A stretch of 64,000 bases of DNA from the human T2T-CHM13v2.0 reference genome, Homo sapiens. The DNA is taken from assembly GCF_009914755.1 (NCBI RefSeq), contig NC_060945.1, one strand, 5' to 3'. How positions within the stretch are numbered: position 1 is the stretch's first letter; every line of letters begins with the position of its first letter. Position numbers and translations under genes: made by a program. The notes beneath the pieces were generated by a model. It made no database searches, had not been told where the DNA came from, and was given only the letters and a program-made list of their open reading frames with translations. Shown piece after piece: positions 36,301-50,150 of the stretch.

Positions 36301-39300
36301 AGGAAAGGAATGGAACGGAATGTAATGGAGTGGAGTGGTGTTGAATGGAATTGAGTGGAGTGGAAGTCATGGAATGGAATGGAGTGGACTGGAGAGGAGT
36401 TGGGTCGAGTGAAATGGAATGGAATGGAGTGGAGTGGAATGGAATGAAATTCAATGGAATGGAATGAAATGGAATGGATAGGAAAGGAGTGGAATGATCA
36501 GAATGGAATGGATTTGAATGGAATGGAATGGAATGTAGAGGAATGGAGTGGAATTGGGTGGAGTGCAATGGAATGGAGTGGAGTAATGTGGCATGGCACG
36601 GAATGGAATGGAAAGGAATAGAACGGAATGAAATGGATTGGAGTGGAGTGGAGTGAAATGGAGTGGAGAGGAGTGAAATGGAAAGGAATGGAATGGAATA
36701 GAATAGAATGGAATGGAGTAAATTTGAATGGAATGGGATGGAGTGGAGTGGAATGGAATGGAATGGAGTGGAGAGGAGTGGAATGGAATTTAGTGGAGTG
36801 GAAGATCATGGAATAGAATGGAGTGGAGTGGAGTGGGGTCGAGTAAAATGGAATGGAATGGAGTGGAGTGCAGTGGAATGGAATACAATGGAATGGATTG
36901 GAAAGGAATGGAATGGAATGGAGTGGAGTGGAATGAAAATCCATGGAGTAGAGTGGAATGGAATGGAGTGGAATGGAATGGAGTGTAACGAAATGGAATG
37001 GAATGGAATAGAGTGGAATGGAATGGAATTCAACTGAACGGAATGGAATGCATTGGAATGGAATGGAATTCAATTGAATGGAATGGAATGCAATGGAATG
37101 GAATGGAAAGGAATTGAATTCCGTGGAATGGAATGGAATTGACTGAAATGTAATGGAATGAAGTGGAATGGAGGGGAATGGAATGGCATGAATGGGAGTG
37201 GAATGGAACGTTATGTAATGGAATGGAATGGCATAGAGTGGAGTGGAGTGGAATGGAATGGAGTGGAGTGGAATGGAATGGAGTGGTGTGGAATGAAATG
37301 GAATGGAGTGGAATGGAGTGGAGCGTAATGGAATGTAATGGAAAGGAATGGAAACGAATAGAATGAAATGGAATGGAATGGAATGGAATGGAATGGAGTG
37401 GAAGGTAAAGGAGGGGAGTGGAGTGTAAAGGAGTGGAATGGACTGGAATCGAATGAAATGGAAAGAATAGGAGTGGAATGGAATGGAGTGGAATGCAATT
37501 GATTTAAGTTGAGTGGAATGGAGTGGAGTGGAATGCAAGGGAATGGAGTGTGTTGGAAAGGAATGGAATGAAATGGAGTGGAGTGCAATGAATTGGTATG
37601 GAATGGAATGGAGTGTAGGGGAATTGAATGGAATGGAGTGGAATGGAAAGGAATGGAATGGGGAGGACGGGAGTGGGGTGGAATGGAATGGAATGAAGTG
37701 AAGTGGAAAGGAATGGAACTGAATGGAGAGGAGTGGAATGGAACGGAGTGGAATGGATTTGAGTGGAATGGAATGTAGTGGATTGGAATGGAATGGAGTG
37801 GAATGGAGTGCAGTGGAATGGAAGGGAACAGAGTGGAGTGGAAAGGAATTGAAAGGAACGGAATGAAGTGGAATGGAACGGAGTGGAAAAGAATGGAACC
37901 GAACAATGTGGAATTGAAAGGAGTGGAGTGGAATGGAATGGAATGGAAAGAAGGGGAGTAGAGAGCAAATGAATGGAGTGGAATGGAGTGGAGTCGAATG
38001 GAATGGAAAGGAATGGAGTAGAAAGGAATTGAATGGAATGGAACGAATGGAATGGAATAGAAAGTAAAGGAATCGAATGGAGAGGAGTGGATTGGAGAGG
38101 AATGGAATGGAGTGGAATGCAGTGGAGTGGAAAGGATTGGAATGAAGTGTAGTGGAATGGAATGGAAGGGAGCAGAATGGAATGGAGTGTAGTGGAATCA
38201 AATGGAATGAAGAACAATGGAATGGAATGGAATGGAATGGAATGGAGTGGAATGGAGTGGAGTGGAATGGAATCAGATGGAGTAGAGTGAAATGGAATGG
38301 AATTCCATGGAATCGAATGGAATGGAATAGACTGGTGAAGAATGGATTGGAATGGAAACGAATGAAATGCAACAGAATGGACAGGAGTGGAATGGAAAGG
38401 AATGGAGTGGAATGGAATGGAGTGGAATGGAATGGACTGGAGTGGAAAGGAATGGAGTGGAATGGAATGGAGTGGAATTGAATGGAGTGGAGTGGAATGG
38501 AATGGAGTAGAATCTAGAGCAGTGGAATGGAATTGAACGGTGTAGAATAGAATGGAATGGAATTTTGTGGAATGGAACGGAGTGAAATGGAATGGAGTGG
38601 AGTGTATTGGAGTGGAGTGCAATGCAATGGAATGAAGTGGAATGGAATGGAGTGGAATAAAATGGAATGGAGTGTAGTGGAATTCAAAGGAGTGTAATGG
38701 AATGGAGTAGAATGGAATGGAATGGAATTAAGTGTAGTTGAATGGAATGGAATGGAGTGTAATGGAATGGAGTGGAATGGAAAGGAAAGAAGGGTAGTGC
38801 AATAGAACAGACTGGAATGGAGTGGAGTGCAAAGAAATGGAACGGAGTGGAGCGGAATGGAATGGAAAGGAATGGATTGGAAAGAAATGGAATGGGGTGA
38901 AGTGGAATGGAATGGAATGGAATGGAGTGGAATAGAATGAAATGGAATGGAGTGTGGTGGAGTGGAATGGAATTGAGTGGAGTTGAAAAGATTTGAATGT
39001 AATGGAATGGAGTGGAGTGGAGCGGTGTCGCGTTGCATATAATGGAATGGAGTGGAGTGATATGGAATGGAATTCAATACAATGGAATGGAATGGAACTT
39101 AGTGGAATGGAATTGAGTGGAATGGAACGGAAGGGAGTATAGTGGAATGGAATTGAACGCAAACGAACGGAAAGGAATGGAATGGAATGGGATGGAAAGG
39201 AATGAAATAGAATGGAGTGTAATGGAGTTGCGTGGAATGGAATGGTATGGAGTTGCGTGGAATGGAATGCAATTTTATGGAATGGAAAGGAATGGAATGG

Positions 39301-42300
39301 AAAGGAATTGAAAGGAGTGGAGTGGAGTAGAGTAGAGTGGAATCGAATGAAATGGAATGGAATGGAGTGTAATTTAACATAAAGGAGGGGAGACAAGTGG
39401 CATGGAATACAGTGGAATGGCATGGAATGGAGTGGAGTAGAATGGAATGGAAGGGAATGGAGTGGAGTGGAATCGTATGGAGTGTAATGGAATGGAATGG
39501 AGTGGAATGGAATGGAGTTGAGCGGAGCGGAATCGAGTAGAGGGGAATGGAGTAGAGTGGAATAGAATGGAATGGTGTGTGGTGGAATGGAATGGAATGG
39601 AATGGAATGGAATGGAATGGAATGGAATGGAGTCGAGTGCAATGGAGTGGTTTCGAATGGAAAGGAGTGTACTGGAATGGAATGGAAGGTAATGGAGTGT
39701 AGTGGGGAAGAATGGAGCGGAGTGGAGTGGAATGGAATGGAGTGGAATGGAGTGGAGTGGAATGGAATGGAACGGATTTGAGTTTAATGGAATGGAAGGA
39801 AATGGAATGGAATCGACTTGGGAGAAGGGGAATATGGTGGAATGGAATGGAGTTGAGTGGAATGGAATGGTGTGGAATGGAATGGAATGGAGTGGAGCGG
39901 AATGGAATGCAGTGTATTAGAGTGGAGTGGAATGGAATGGAACGGATTTGAGTGGAATGGAATGGAGTGGAGGTATATAAATTGGTATGCAATGGAATGG
40001 AATGGAATGGAATGGAAAGGAATGGAATGGAATGGAATGGAGGTTAATGGAGTGGAATGGAATGGAATGGAATGGAATGGAATGGAATGGAATGGATTGG
40101 AGTGAAATGGAATGGAATGGGAAGGAGTGCAGTTGAATGGAGTGGAGTGGAGTGGAAAGGAATGGAATGGAATGGAATGGAGGGGACGGAATGGAATGTA
40201 ACGGAATGTAGAAGAGGGGAGTGGAGTGGAATGTAATGGAGTGGAATGTAGTGGAGAGTAGTGATTTGAATGGAATGGGGTGGAATGGAATGGAATGCAG
40301 TCGAAAGGAATGGAGTGGAGTGGAATGGCATGGAATGGAGTAGAATGAAATGGATTAGAATGGAATGGAGTGGAATGGAATGGAACGTATTGTGGAGGAA
40401 TGGAATGGAATGAAATGGAGTGGAATGGAGTGAAATGGAGTGGAATGGTGTGGAGTGGAATGGAATAGATTGGAGTGGATTGGTGTGGAATGGAATTGAA
40501 TGGAGTAGAGTGGAATGGAATGGAGTGGAATGGAGTTGAGTGGAGTGGAATGGAGTGGATTGGAATGGAGTTGAGTGGAGTGGAATGGAATGTAATGGAG
40601 AGGAGCTGAGTTGAGTGGAAAGGGATGGAGTGGAGTGGAATGGAATGGAATGGAATTTTGTTAGAATTCAATGGAATGGAATGTAGTGGAGTGGAATCTG
40701 ATGGAATGGATTGGAATTGAATGGAATGCAATCCAATGGAATGGAGTGGAAAGGAGTGGAGTGGAGTGGAGTGGAGTGGAGTGGAATGGAATGGAGTTAA
40801 GGCAAGTGGAACTGAATGGAATGTAGTAGAGTGGAGTGGATTGCAATGTAATGTAAAGGAATGGTATGCAAATAGTGGAATGGAATGGAATGGAATGGAA
40901 TGAGTGGGGTGGAGTGGAATGCAATTAAGTGGAGTGGAAACGAATAGAATGGAATGGCATGGAATCAAATGGAAGGGAATCGATTGGATTGGATTGGGGT
41001 CCAGTGGAATGGAATGAAATGGAGTGGAGTGAAATGGAATGGAATTCAATGGAATGGAATGGCATGGAATGGATTGGAATGGAAGAGAATGGAATGGAGT
41101 GGAAAGGAATGGAACGGAATGGAGTGGAGTGGAATGGAATGAAATGGAATGGAATGGAGTGGATTGGAATGGAACGGAATGGATCGGAGTGGAATGGAAT
41201 GGAACGGAATGGAACGGAATGGAGTAGTATGGACTGGAATGGACTTGAGTGGAGTTGAATGGAATGGAACAGAATGCAGAGGAGTGCAGAGGAATGCAAT
41301 GGATTGAAATGGAATTTAGAGGAATGCAGTGGAGTGGAGTAGAATGGAAGGGAGTGGAATGGAACGCAGTGGAAAAGAATGTAACAGTGTGGAGGGTTGT
41401 GGAATTTAATGGAGTGGAATGGAATGGAATATAATGGAATGGAGTGGAACAGAATGGAACGGAAAGGAAGGGAGTGGAATGCAATCGAACAGAATGGAAT
41501 GGAGTGGAATGGAATGGAACGGTGTGGAGTAGAACGGAATGGAGTGGAATAGAATTTAGTGGAATGGAATGGACTGGATTGGAGTGGAATAGAATGGAAC
41601 AGGGTATAGTGGAGTGGAACTGAATAGAGTGGAATTGAATGGAGTGGAGTGGAGTGGATTGCATTGGAATGGAATGGAATGGAGTGTAATGGAATGGAAT
41701 CGAATGGAACGGAATGGGTTGGAGTGTAATGGAATGCAGTGGGATGGCATAGAGTGGAATGGAATGGAGTGGAGTGGAGTGGAGTGGAGTGGAATACAAT
41801 AGAGTGGAATGGAGTGGAGTGGAGTGGAATGGAATGGAAAGGAATGGAATCGAATGGAATGGAATGGAGTGGAATGGAATAGAATGGGATGGAATGGAAC
41901 GGAATGGAGGGGAGTGCAATGGAATTATGTGGAGTGGAGTGGAATTTAGTGGAATGGAATGGACTGCAATGGAATGGAATTGAGCGGAGTGGAATGGAAT
42001 GGAATGGAATGAAATGGAATGGAATGGAATGGAATGCAATGGAATGGAATCAAATGGAATGGAATGGAATGGAGTTAAATGGAATGGAATGGAAAGGAAT
42101 GGAATGGAACGGAATAGAGTGCAGTGCAGTGGAGTGGAAAGGAATGGATTGGAGTGTAATGGAGTGGAATGGATTTAGTGGAGTGGAGAGCAGAGGACTG
42201 GGCAAGAGTGGATTGGAGTTGAGTGGAAAGGAATAGAGTGTAGCGGAATGGAATTAAATGGAGGGTAATAGAGTGGAGTGCTATTCAAAGGAGTGGATTG

Positions 42301-43294
42301 GAGTGCAGTTCAATGGAATGGAGTGGAATGGAAAAGAATGTAATGGAACACAATGGAGTGGAGTGGAATGGAATAGAGTGGAATGAATTAGAGAGGAGTG
42401 GAACAGAGTGGAGAGCAGTGGAACAGAATGGAATATAGTGGAATGGAATGGTTTGGAATGAAATGGAGTGTATTGGAATGGATTAGATTGCAATGGAGGG
42501 GAATGGAATGACATTGAATTTAATGGAATGCAATGGAATTGAAAAGAAAGGAGTGGAATGGAGTGGAATGGAATGGAATGGAATGGAACTGAATGGAATG
42601 GAATTGAACGGAGTGTAATGGATTGGAGTGGAATGGAAAGGAGTGGAGCAAAGTGTAGTGGAATGGAATGGAATGCAATAGATTGGATTGGAATGGAGGG
42701 GAGTGGAATGGAATGGAGAGGAGTGGAGTGGAATGTAAAAAAGGAATGGAATGGAGTGGAGTGTGATGGATTGGAGTCGAGTGGAATGTAATAGAATGGA
42801 GTGGTGTGGAGTGGTTTGGAGTGGATTTGAATGTAGTGCTGTGGAATAGAATGGAGTGCAGAGCAGTTTAGTGGAAATGAATGGATTCGAGTGGATTGGA
42901 ATGCAGCAAAATTGGGAGAAGTGGAATGGAATGGAGTGGAGAGGTATGGGAGGGAATGGAGTGGAATAGAGTGGGAGGGAATGGAGTGGATTGGAGAGTG
43001 GTGGAATGAGTAGGAGTGGAGTGGAATGGAATGGACAGGAGTGGTGTGGAGTGGAATGGAATGGAGTAGAAAGGAAAGGACTGGAGAGGAATGGAATGGA
43101 ATGGAGTGGAGTGGAATGGAGGGGAATGGAGTGGAGTGGAACGGATTGGAAAGGAATAGAGTGGAGTGGAATAGAGTGGAGTGGAATGGAATTTAGTAGT
43201 ATGGAGTGGAGTGGAGTGGAGTGGAGTGGAATGGAATGGAATACAATGGAGTGCAATGGAGTGGAGTGGAGTGGAGTGGAATGGAGTGGAATGG

Positions 43295-43445
43295 TGTGGA
43301 ATGGACTGGAATAGAATTTAATGGAATGGAATGGAGTGGAGCCGAGTGGAGTGGAGTGGAGTGGAATAGATTGGAATGGACTGGAATATAATTTAATGGA
43401 ATGGAATGGAGTGGAGCAGAGTGGAGTGGAGTGGAGTGGAATAGA
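43295..43445 (+). repeat. 75-bp tandem duplication
   Basis: GGACTGGAATA(G/T)AATTTAATGGAATGGAATGGAGTGGAGC(C/A)GAGTGGAGTGGAGTGGAGTGGAATAGA at 43303 and 43378. Confidence 0.87.
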
Positions 43446-44399
43446 GTGTAGTGTAGTGGAAAGGAATGGATTGGAATGGAATGGAATGGAATGGATTTAA
43501 ACGGAATGGAGTGGAATGGAATGGATTAGAATGGAATGGAGTGCAGTGGATTTGAATAGAATGGAATGGAATGAAGTGGAAGGGAATAGAATGGAATGGA
43601 ATGGAGTGGATTGGAATGCAATGGAATGGAATGGAGAGGAATGGAATGGAGAGGAGTGGATAGGAGTGGAGTGGAATAGAACGGAGGGGATTAGAGTGGA
43701 ATGGAGTGGAGTGGACTGGAATGGAATGGAGTGAAGTGGAATGGAGTGGAATGGAATGGAGTGGAATGCAGTGGAGTAGAGTTTAGTGTACTGGAATGGA
43801 ATGGAATGGATTAGAGTGTAGTGGAGTGAGTGGAGTGGAGTGGAGTGGAATGGAATGGAATGGAAGGAATGGAATGGAATGGAATGGATTGGAGTGGAAA
43901 GAAGTGGAGTGGAATGGAATGGAATGGAATGGAGTGGAATGTAATGGAAGGGAATGGAATGTAATCGAGTGGAGTGGAATGGAATGGAATGGATTCGAAT
44001 GTAATGTAATGGAGTGGAGAAGAGTGGAGTGGAGTGGAATGGCATGGAATGGAATTTAATTGAATGGAATGGAGTGGAGTGGAGTGGAATGGAGTGGAGT
44101 GGAGTGGAATGGAATTGAGTGGAATGGTATCGATTGGAATTGAATGGGGTGGAGTGGAGTGGAGTGAAAAGGGGTAGGATGTAATGGAGTGGAGTGGAGT
44201 AGAGAAGATTGGAGTGGAGAGGACTCGCATGGAATGGAATGGAGTTAAATGGAATGGAGTGAAATGGAACCGAATGGAATGGAATGGAATAGAATGGAGT
44301 GAAGTGGAGTGGAATGGAATGTAATGGAATGGATTGGAATGGAAGGAATGGAGTTGAGTGGAGTTGAATGGAATGGAGTGGAGTGGAGTGGAAATGAGT

Positions 44400-47300
44400 A
44401 GAGTTGAGTGGAATTGAGTGACATGAAGTGGAGGGGAGTGGAGTTTATTGAGGTGGAATTCAGTGGAACATAATGGAAGAAAATGAATTGAATGGAATGG
44501 AGTTAAATGAAATGGAGTGTAATGGAATGGAGTGGAATGGAATGGATTGCAGTGGCATGGAATGGAATGGAGTGGATTTTAATGGAATGAAATGGAATGG
44601 AATGGAATGGAATGGGGTGGAGTGGAGCCGAGTGGAAAGGAATGGAGTATAGTCTTGCCGAGTTGAGTGAAGTGAAGTGGAGTGGAGTGGAATGGAATGG
44701 AATGAAGTGGAGTGCACTGGAGTGGAGTGGAATGGAATTGAGTGGAATTGAGTGGAATGATATGGAATGGAATGGAGTGGAATAGAGTGGAGTGGAATGG
44801 GATGGGATGTAATGGAGTGGAGTGATGTGCAGAAGAGTGGAGTGGAGAGGAATTGCATGGAATGGAATGGAATGAAATGGAGTTAAATGGGATGGAGTGG
44901 AACGGTATGGAGTGGAATTGAATGAAACGAAATGGAGTGGAGTGGAATGGAATGGAATGGAATATATTGGAATGGAGTTGAGTGGAGTTGAATGGAATGG
45001 AGTGGAGTGGAGTGAAACAGTGTGGGGTGGAATGGAGTGGAGTGGAGTAGAGAGAAGTGGAATGGAATGCAGTAGAGTGGAATGGAATGGAGTGGAGTGG
45101 AGTGGAATTCAGTGGAATGAAGTGGAGTGGATTTCAGTGAGGTGGAGTCAAGTGGAAGAGAATGGAATGGAAAGGAATGGAATGGAATGGAATCGAATGG
45201 AATGGAACGGAATGGAGTTAAATGAAATGGAGTGGAATGGAATGGAGTGGAACGGAATGGAGTGCAGTGGCATGGAATGGAATGGAGTGGAGTGGAATGG
45301 AATGAAAGTGGATGGAATGGAATGGGGTGGATTGGAGTAGAGTGGAATAAAATGGAGTAGAGTCTTGTAGAGTTGATTGAAGTGGAGTGGAATGGAGTGG
45401 GAAGGAATGGAATGGAGTGGGGTGGAGAGGATTGGAGTGGAATGGAATGGAGTGTAGTGAAATGGAGTGGAGTCAAGAGGAATGGAAAGGTATGGAGTGA
45501 AGAGGAATGAAAGGGAATGGAGTGGAATGGAGTGGATTGGAATGGAGATGAATGGACTGGGGGGAATGGAGTGAAGTGGAGAGGATTGGAATGGAGTGGA
45601 GTGGAATGGAATGGAGTGGAATGGATTGGAATTTAGTGGAGTGGATTGGAATGAAATGGAATGGAATGGAGCGGAGTGGATTAGACTAGAGTGGAATGGA
45701 ATGAAGAGGAGCAGAGTGGAGTGAAGTGGAGTGGATGGTAATGGGATGGAATGGAATGGAGTTTAGTGGAGTGGAGAAGAATGGAATGAAGTGGAATGGT
45801 GTGGAGTGAAGGGGAGTGCAGTGGAGTGGAATCGAGTGGAATGGAATGGAGTCGGGTGAAGTGAAATAAAATGGAATGGGGTGGAATGGAGTGGAATGGA
45901 ATGGAATGGAATGCAATGGATTGGAATGTAGAGGAGTTTAGAGCAGTAGAGTGGAGTGGAATGGAATGGAATTGAATGGAGTAGAGGGGAGTGGTGTGGA
46001 GTTGAGTTTAGTGTAGTGGAATGGAGAGGAGTGGGGAAACGTGGAGTTGAGTGGAGTGGAGTGGAATGCAACGGAGTGTAATGGAATGGAAGGGAATGGA
46101 GTGGAGTGGAATGGAATGGAATGGAATGGAATGGAATGGAACGGAACGGAATGGATTGGAGTGGAATGGAGTTTAGTGTAGTGGAATGGAATTGAGTGAA
46201 TGGAATGGAATGGAGTGGAGTGGAGTGGAATGGAATGGAATTGAGAAGAAAGGTATGGAATGGAATGCAGTGGAGTGGAGTGGAATGGGATGGGATGGAA
46301 TGGAGTGGAATGCAGTGGAGAAAATTGGAGTGGGGTGGAATGGCATGGAATGGAATGTAAAGGAATGGAGATAAATGGAATGGAGTGGAATGGAATGGAG
46401 TGTAGTGGAATGGAAAGGAATGGAGTCGAGTGGAAAGGAATGGAATGGAATGGAGTGGAGAGGAGATGAATGGATTGGAGTGGAGTGGAGTGGAGTGAAG
46501 CAGAGTGCTGTGAAATGGAGAGAAGTGGAGTGGAGTGGAGAAGAATGGAATGGAGTGGAGTGGAGTGGAAATGAATGGAGTGAAGAGGACTGGAATGGAG
46601 TTTAGTGACTTGGAGTTGCGTGGAACTGAATGGAATGGAAAGGAATGGAATGGAGTAGAATGGAGTGGAATAGAATGGAATGGATTTAAATGGAATGGAG
46701 TTGAATCGAATGCAGTGGAACAGAATGGAGTGCAGTGGCATGGAATGGAATGTAGTGCAGTGGAACGGAATGAAAACGGATGGAATGGAATGGAGTGGAG
46801 TGGAGTAGAGTGGAATGGAAAGGAGTGGAGTCTTGTGGATTTGAGTGAAGTGGAGTGGAATGGAGTGGAATGGAATGGAATGGTGTGGGGCAGAAGGAGT
46901 GAAGTGGAAAGGAATGGAGTGGAGTGGAGTGAAATGGATTGGAGCCGAGAAGAATGGAAAGGAGTGGAGTAAAGTGGAAGAAAATTGAATGGAGTGGAAT
47001 GGAGTGGATTGGAATCGAGTGGAATGGACCGGAGTGGAATGGAATGAAGTGGAGAGGATTGGAATGGAATGGAATGTAGTGGAGTGGATTGGAATGAAAT
47101 GGAATTGAATGGATTGGAGTGGAGTGGAGAGGACTGGAATGGAATGGAATGGAGTGGAGTGGAGAGGAGTGAAGTGGAGTGGAGGATAGTGGGATGGAAT
47201 GGAATGGAGTTTAGTGGAGTGGAGAAGAATGGAATGGAGTGCACTGGAGTGGAATGGAGAGGAGTGAAGTGGAAAGGAGTGAAGTGGAGTGGAGTGAATT

Positions 47301-50150
47301 GGAGTGGAGTTGAGTGGAATCGAGTGGAATGGAATGGAGTGGAGTGAAGAGGAATAAAATGGAATGGAGTGGAATGGAGTGGAATGGAATGGAACGGAGA
47401 GGAGTTTAGAGCAGTGGAGTGGAGTGGATTGGAATGGAATCGAATTGAATGGAGTGGAGGGGAGTGCCATGGACTTGAGTTTAGTGTAGTGGAATGGAGT
47501 GGAGTGGGGTAGCGTGGAGTTGAGTGGAGTGAAGTGGAATGGAATGGAGTATAACGGAGTGGAGTGGAATGGAGTGCATTGGAGTGGAATGGAATGGAAT
47601 CGAATCGAATCAAATGGAGTGGAAAGGAATGGAATTTAGTGGATTGGAAAGGAATTGAGTGGAATGGTATGGAATGGAATGGAATGGAGTAGAGTGGAGT
47701 GGAGTCGAATGGAAATGAGTGGAATGGTGTGGAATGGAATTGAATGGAGTGGAGTAGAGTGGAATGGAGTGGAACGGGATGGGATGCAATGGAGTAGAGT
47801 GCAGTGGAGAATATTGGAGTGCAGTGGAATGGCATGGAATGGAATGGAATGGAATGTAAAGGAACTGAGTTAAATGGAATGGAGTGGAATGGAATGGAGT
47901 GCAATGGAATGGGGTGGAGTGGAGTGGAAAGGAATGGAGTGGAGTGGAATGGAAGGGAATGGAATGGAGTGGAGTGGAGTTGAATGGATTGGAGTGGCGT
48001 GGAATGGAATGCAATGAAGCGGAGTGGTGTTGAATGGAGAGCAGTGGAGTGTAGTGGAGTGGAATGGAATGCAGTAGAGTGGAAAGGAATGGAGTGGAGT
48101 TGAAAGGATCGGAGTGGAGAGGAGTAGAATTGAGTGGAGTGAAGAGGAGTGGACTGGAGTTTAGTGGCGTGGAGTCGCGTGGAACAGAATGGAACGGAAA
48201 GGAATGGAATGGAGTAGAATGGAGTGGAATGGAATGGAATGGAGTTAAATGGAATGGAGTTGAACGGAATGGAGTAGAATGGAATGGAGTGAGGGGGAAT
48301 GGAATGGAATGTAGTGGAGTGGAATGGAATTGAATCAGATGGAATGGAATGAGGTGGAGTGGAGCCGAGTGGAATGGAATTGAGGGGAGTCTTGTGGAGT
48401 GGAGTGATGTGGAGTGGATTGGAGTGGAAAGGAATAGAATAGAGTGGAGCGGAGTGGAGTGGAGTGGAATGGAATGGAGTGGAGTGGAGTGAAATGGAGT
48501 GGGGTTAAGGGGAATGGAAAGGAGTGGATTGAATTGGAATGAAATGGATTGGAGTGGTATGGAGTGGACTGGAATGGACTGGAAGGGACTGGAGTGGAAA
48601 GGAATGAAGTGGAGAGGATTGGAATGGAATGGAATGGAATGGAGTGCAGTGGAGTGGAAGGGAATAGGGTGGAATGACATAGTGCAGAAAGAGTGGAGGA
48701 GAATGGAAAGGAAGGTAATGGAGTTGAGTGGAAGAAAGTGAAATATTGTGGAGGGGAATGGAGTGGAATGGAGTGAAAAGGAGTGGAATTTAATGGAATG
48801 GAATAGAATGGAAAGTAGTGGTGTGGAGTGGAGTGGAGTGGATTAGAGTGGTGTGGAAAGGAATGTAATGAAATGGAATGGAAAGGATTGGAATGGAACT
48901 GAATGGAATGGAACGGAATGCAATGGAATTAAATGAAATAGAATGGAATGGATTGGTTTGGAGTGGAATGAAGTGGAATGGAATGGAGTGTAGTGGAATT
49001 GAATGGAATGGAGTGGTGCAGAAAGGAATTGAATGGAATGGAATGCAATGGAATGGAGTAGAGTGGAATGGAACTGAAAGGAGTTAAGTGAATGGAATGG
49101 AGTGGATAGTAGAGGAGTGGTGTGGAGTGGACTGGAGTGGAGTGGATTTGAGTAGAGTGGAATGGAGAGGAATGGAGTGGAATGGAATGGAATGGCGTTG
49201 AGTGGAGTGGAATGGAGTGCAGTGGAGAGGAATGGAAAGCACTGAATTGGGGAAGAGTGGAATGGAATGGAATGTGGTTTGAAAAGGAATGAAATGGAAT
49301 TGAGTGCAGTGGAGTGTAATGGGGTGGAATGGAATGGAGAGGAATGGAGTGGAGTCGAGTGAAGTGTATTGGAATGGAATGGAATGTAGTGGAGAGAAGT
49401 GGACTAAAGTGGAGTGGTCGGAATGGAATGGAATGCAGTGGAATGGAATGCAATGGAATGGAATGTAGTGGAGTGGAGTGGAATGGAGTGTAATGGAGTG
49501 GAATGGAATTGAGAGGAACGGTATGGAACGGAATGGAGTGGACTGGAGTGGAGTAGAGTGGAGTGGAGTGGAAAGGAATGAGATGGAGTAGATTGCAATG
49601 GAATGGAGTGGAATGGAATGCCGTTAAACGGAATGGAGTGGAATAGAATGGAGTGGAGGGGAATGGAACGGAATGGAGTGGAATGGAATGAAATGGGATG
49701 GAATGGAATGGAATGGAATGGAGTGGAGTGGAGTGGAGTTGAATGGAATGGAGTGGAGTGGAGTGGAGAGGAGTGAAGCGGAGTGGAGTGGAGTGGAATG
49801 GAATGAAGTGTAGTGGAGTGGAGTGGATTGGAGTGGAAATGAGTGGAGTGAAGTGGAGTGGAGTTTATTGAGCTGGAGTCGAGTGGAACAGAATGGAATG
49901 GAATGAATGGAATGAAATGGAATGGAAGAGACGGAAGTTAAAAGGAATGGAGTGGAATGGAATGGAGGGCAGTGGCATGGAATGGAATGGACTGGAGTGG
50001 AATGGAATGAAAAGGAATGGAATGGAATGGAGGGGAGAGGAATCGAGAGGAATGCAATGGAGTATAGTCTTGTGGAGTGGAGTGGAGTAGAGTGGAATGG
50101 AATGGAGTGGAGTGCAGTGGAATGCAGTGAAGTCGTGAGGAATGGAACGG
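44400..50150 (+). repeat. Diverged ~1.5 kb higher-order repeat (5 marker sets)
   Basis: AGTCTTG marker at ~44651, 45361, 46829, 48388 and 50066, each ~205-230 bp after a GAGTTTA(T/G)TG..TGGAGTC..GTGGAA-like word at ~44441, 45129, 46598, 48157 and 49861. Confidence 0.72.

Noticed and set aside
33602-36568. Very long minus-strand ORFs (988 aa here; also 917 aa at 24327-27080, 899 aa at 49624-52323, 816 aa at 58235-60685)
   Set aside because: (CATTC/CACTC)n has no stop codons in any frame and translates to IPFHS/TPLHS repeats. Overlapping ORFs occur in all three frames with no domain-like sequence. Non-canonical translation of satellite RNA cannot be excluded but has no support here.
39585-39630. 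Pure (TGGAA)n runs reminiscent of the SCA31 expansion repeat
   Set aside because: Perfect runs are only about 8-10 units and are expected in HSat3; there is no host-gene context.
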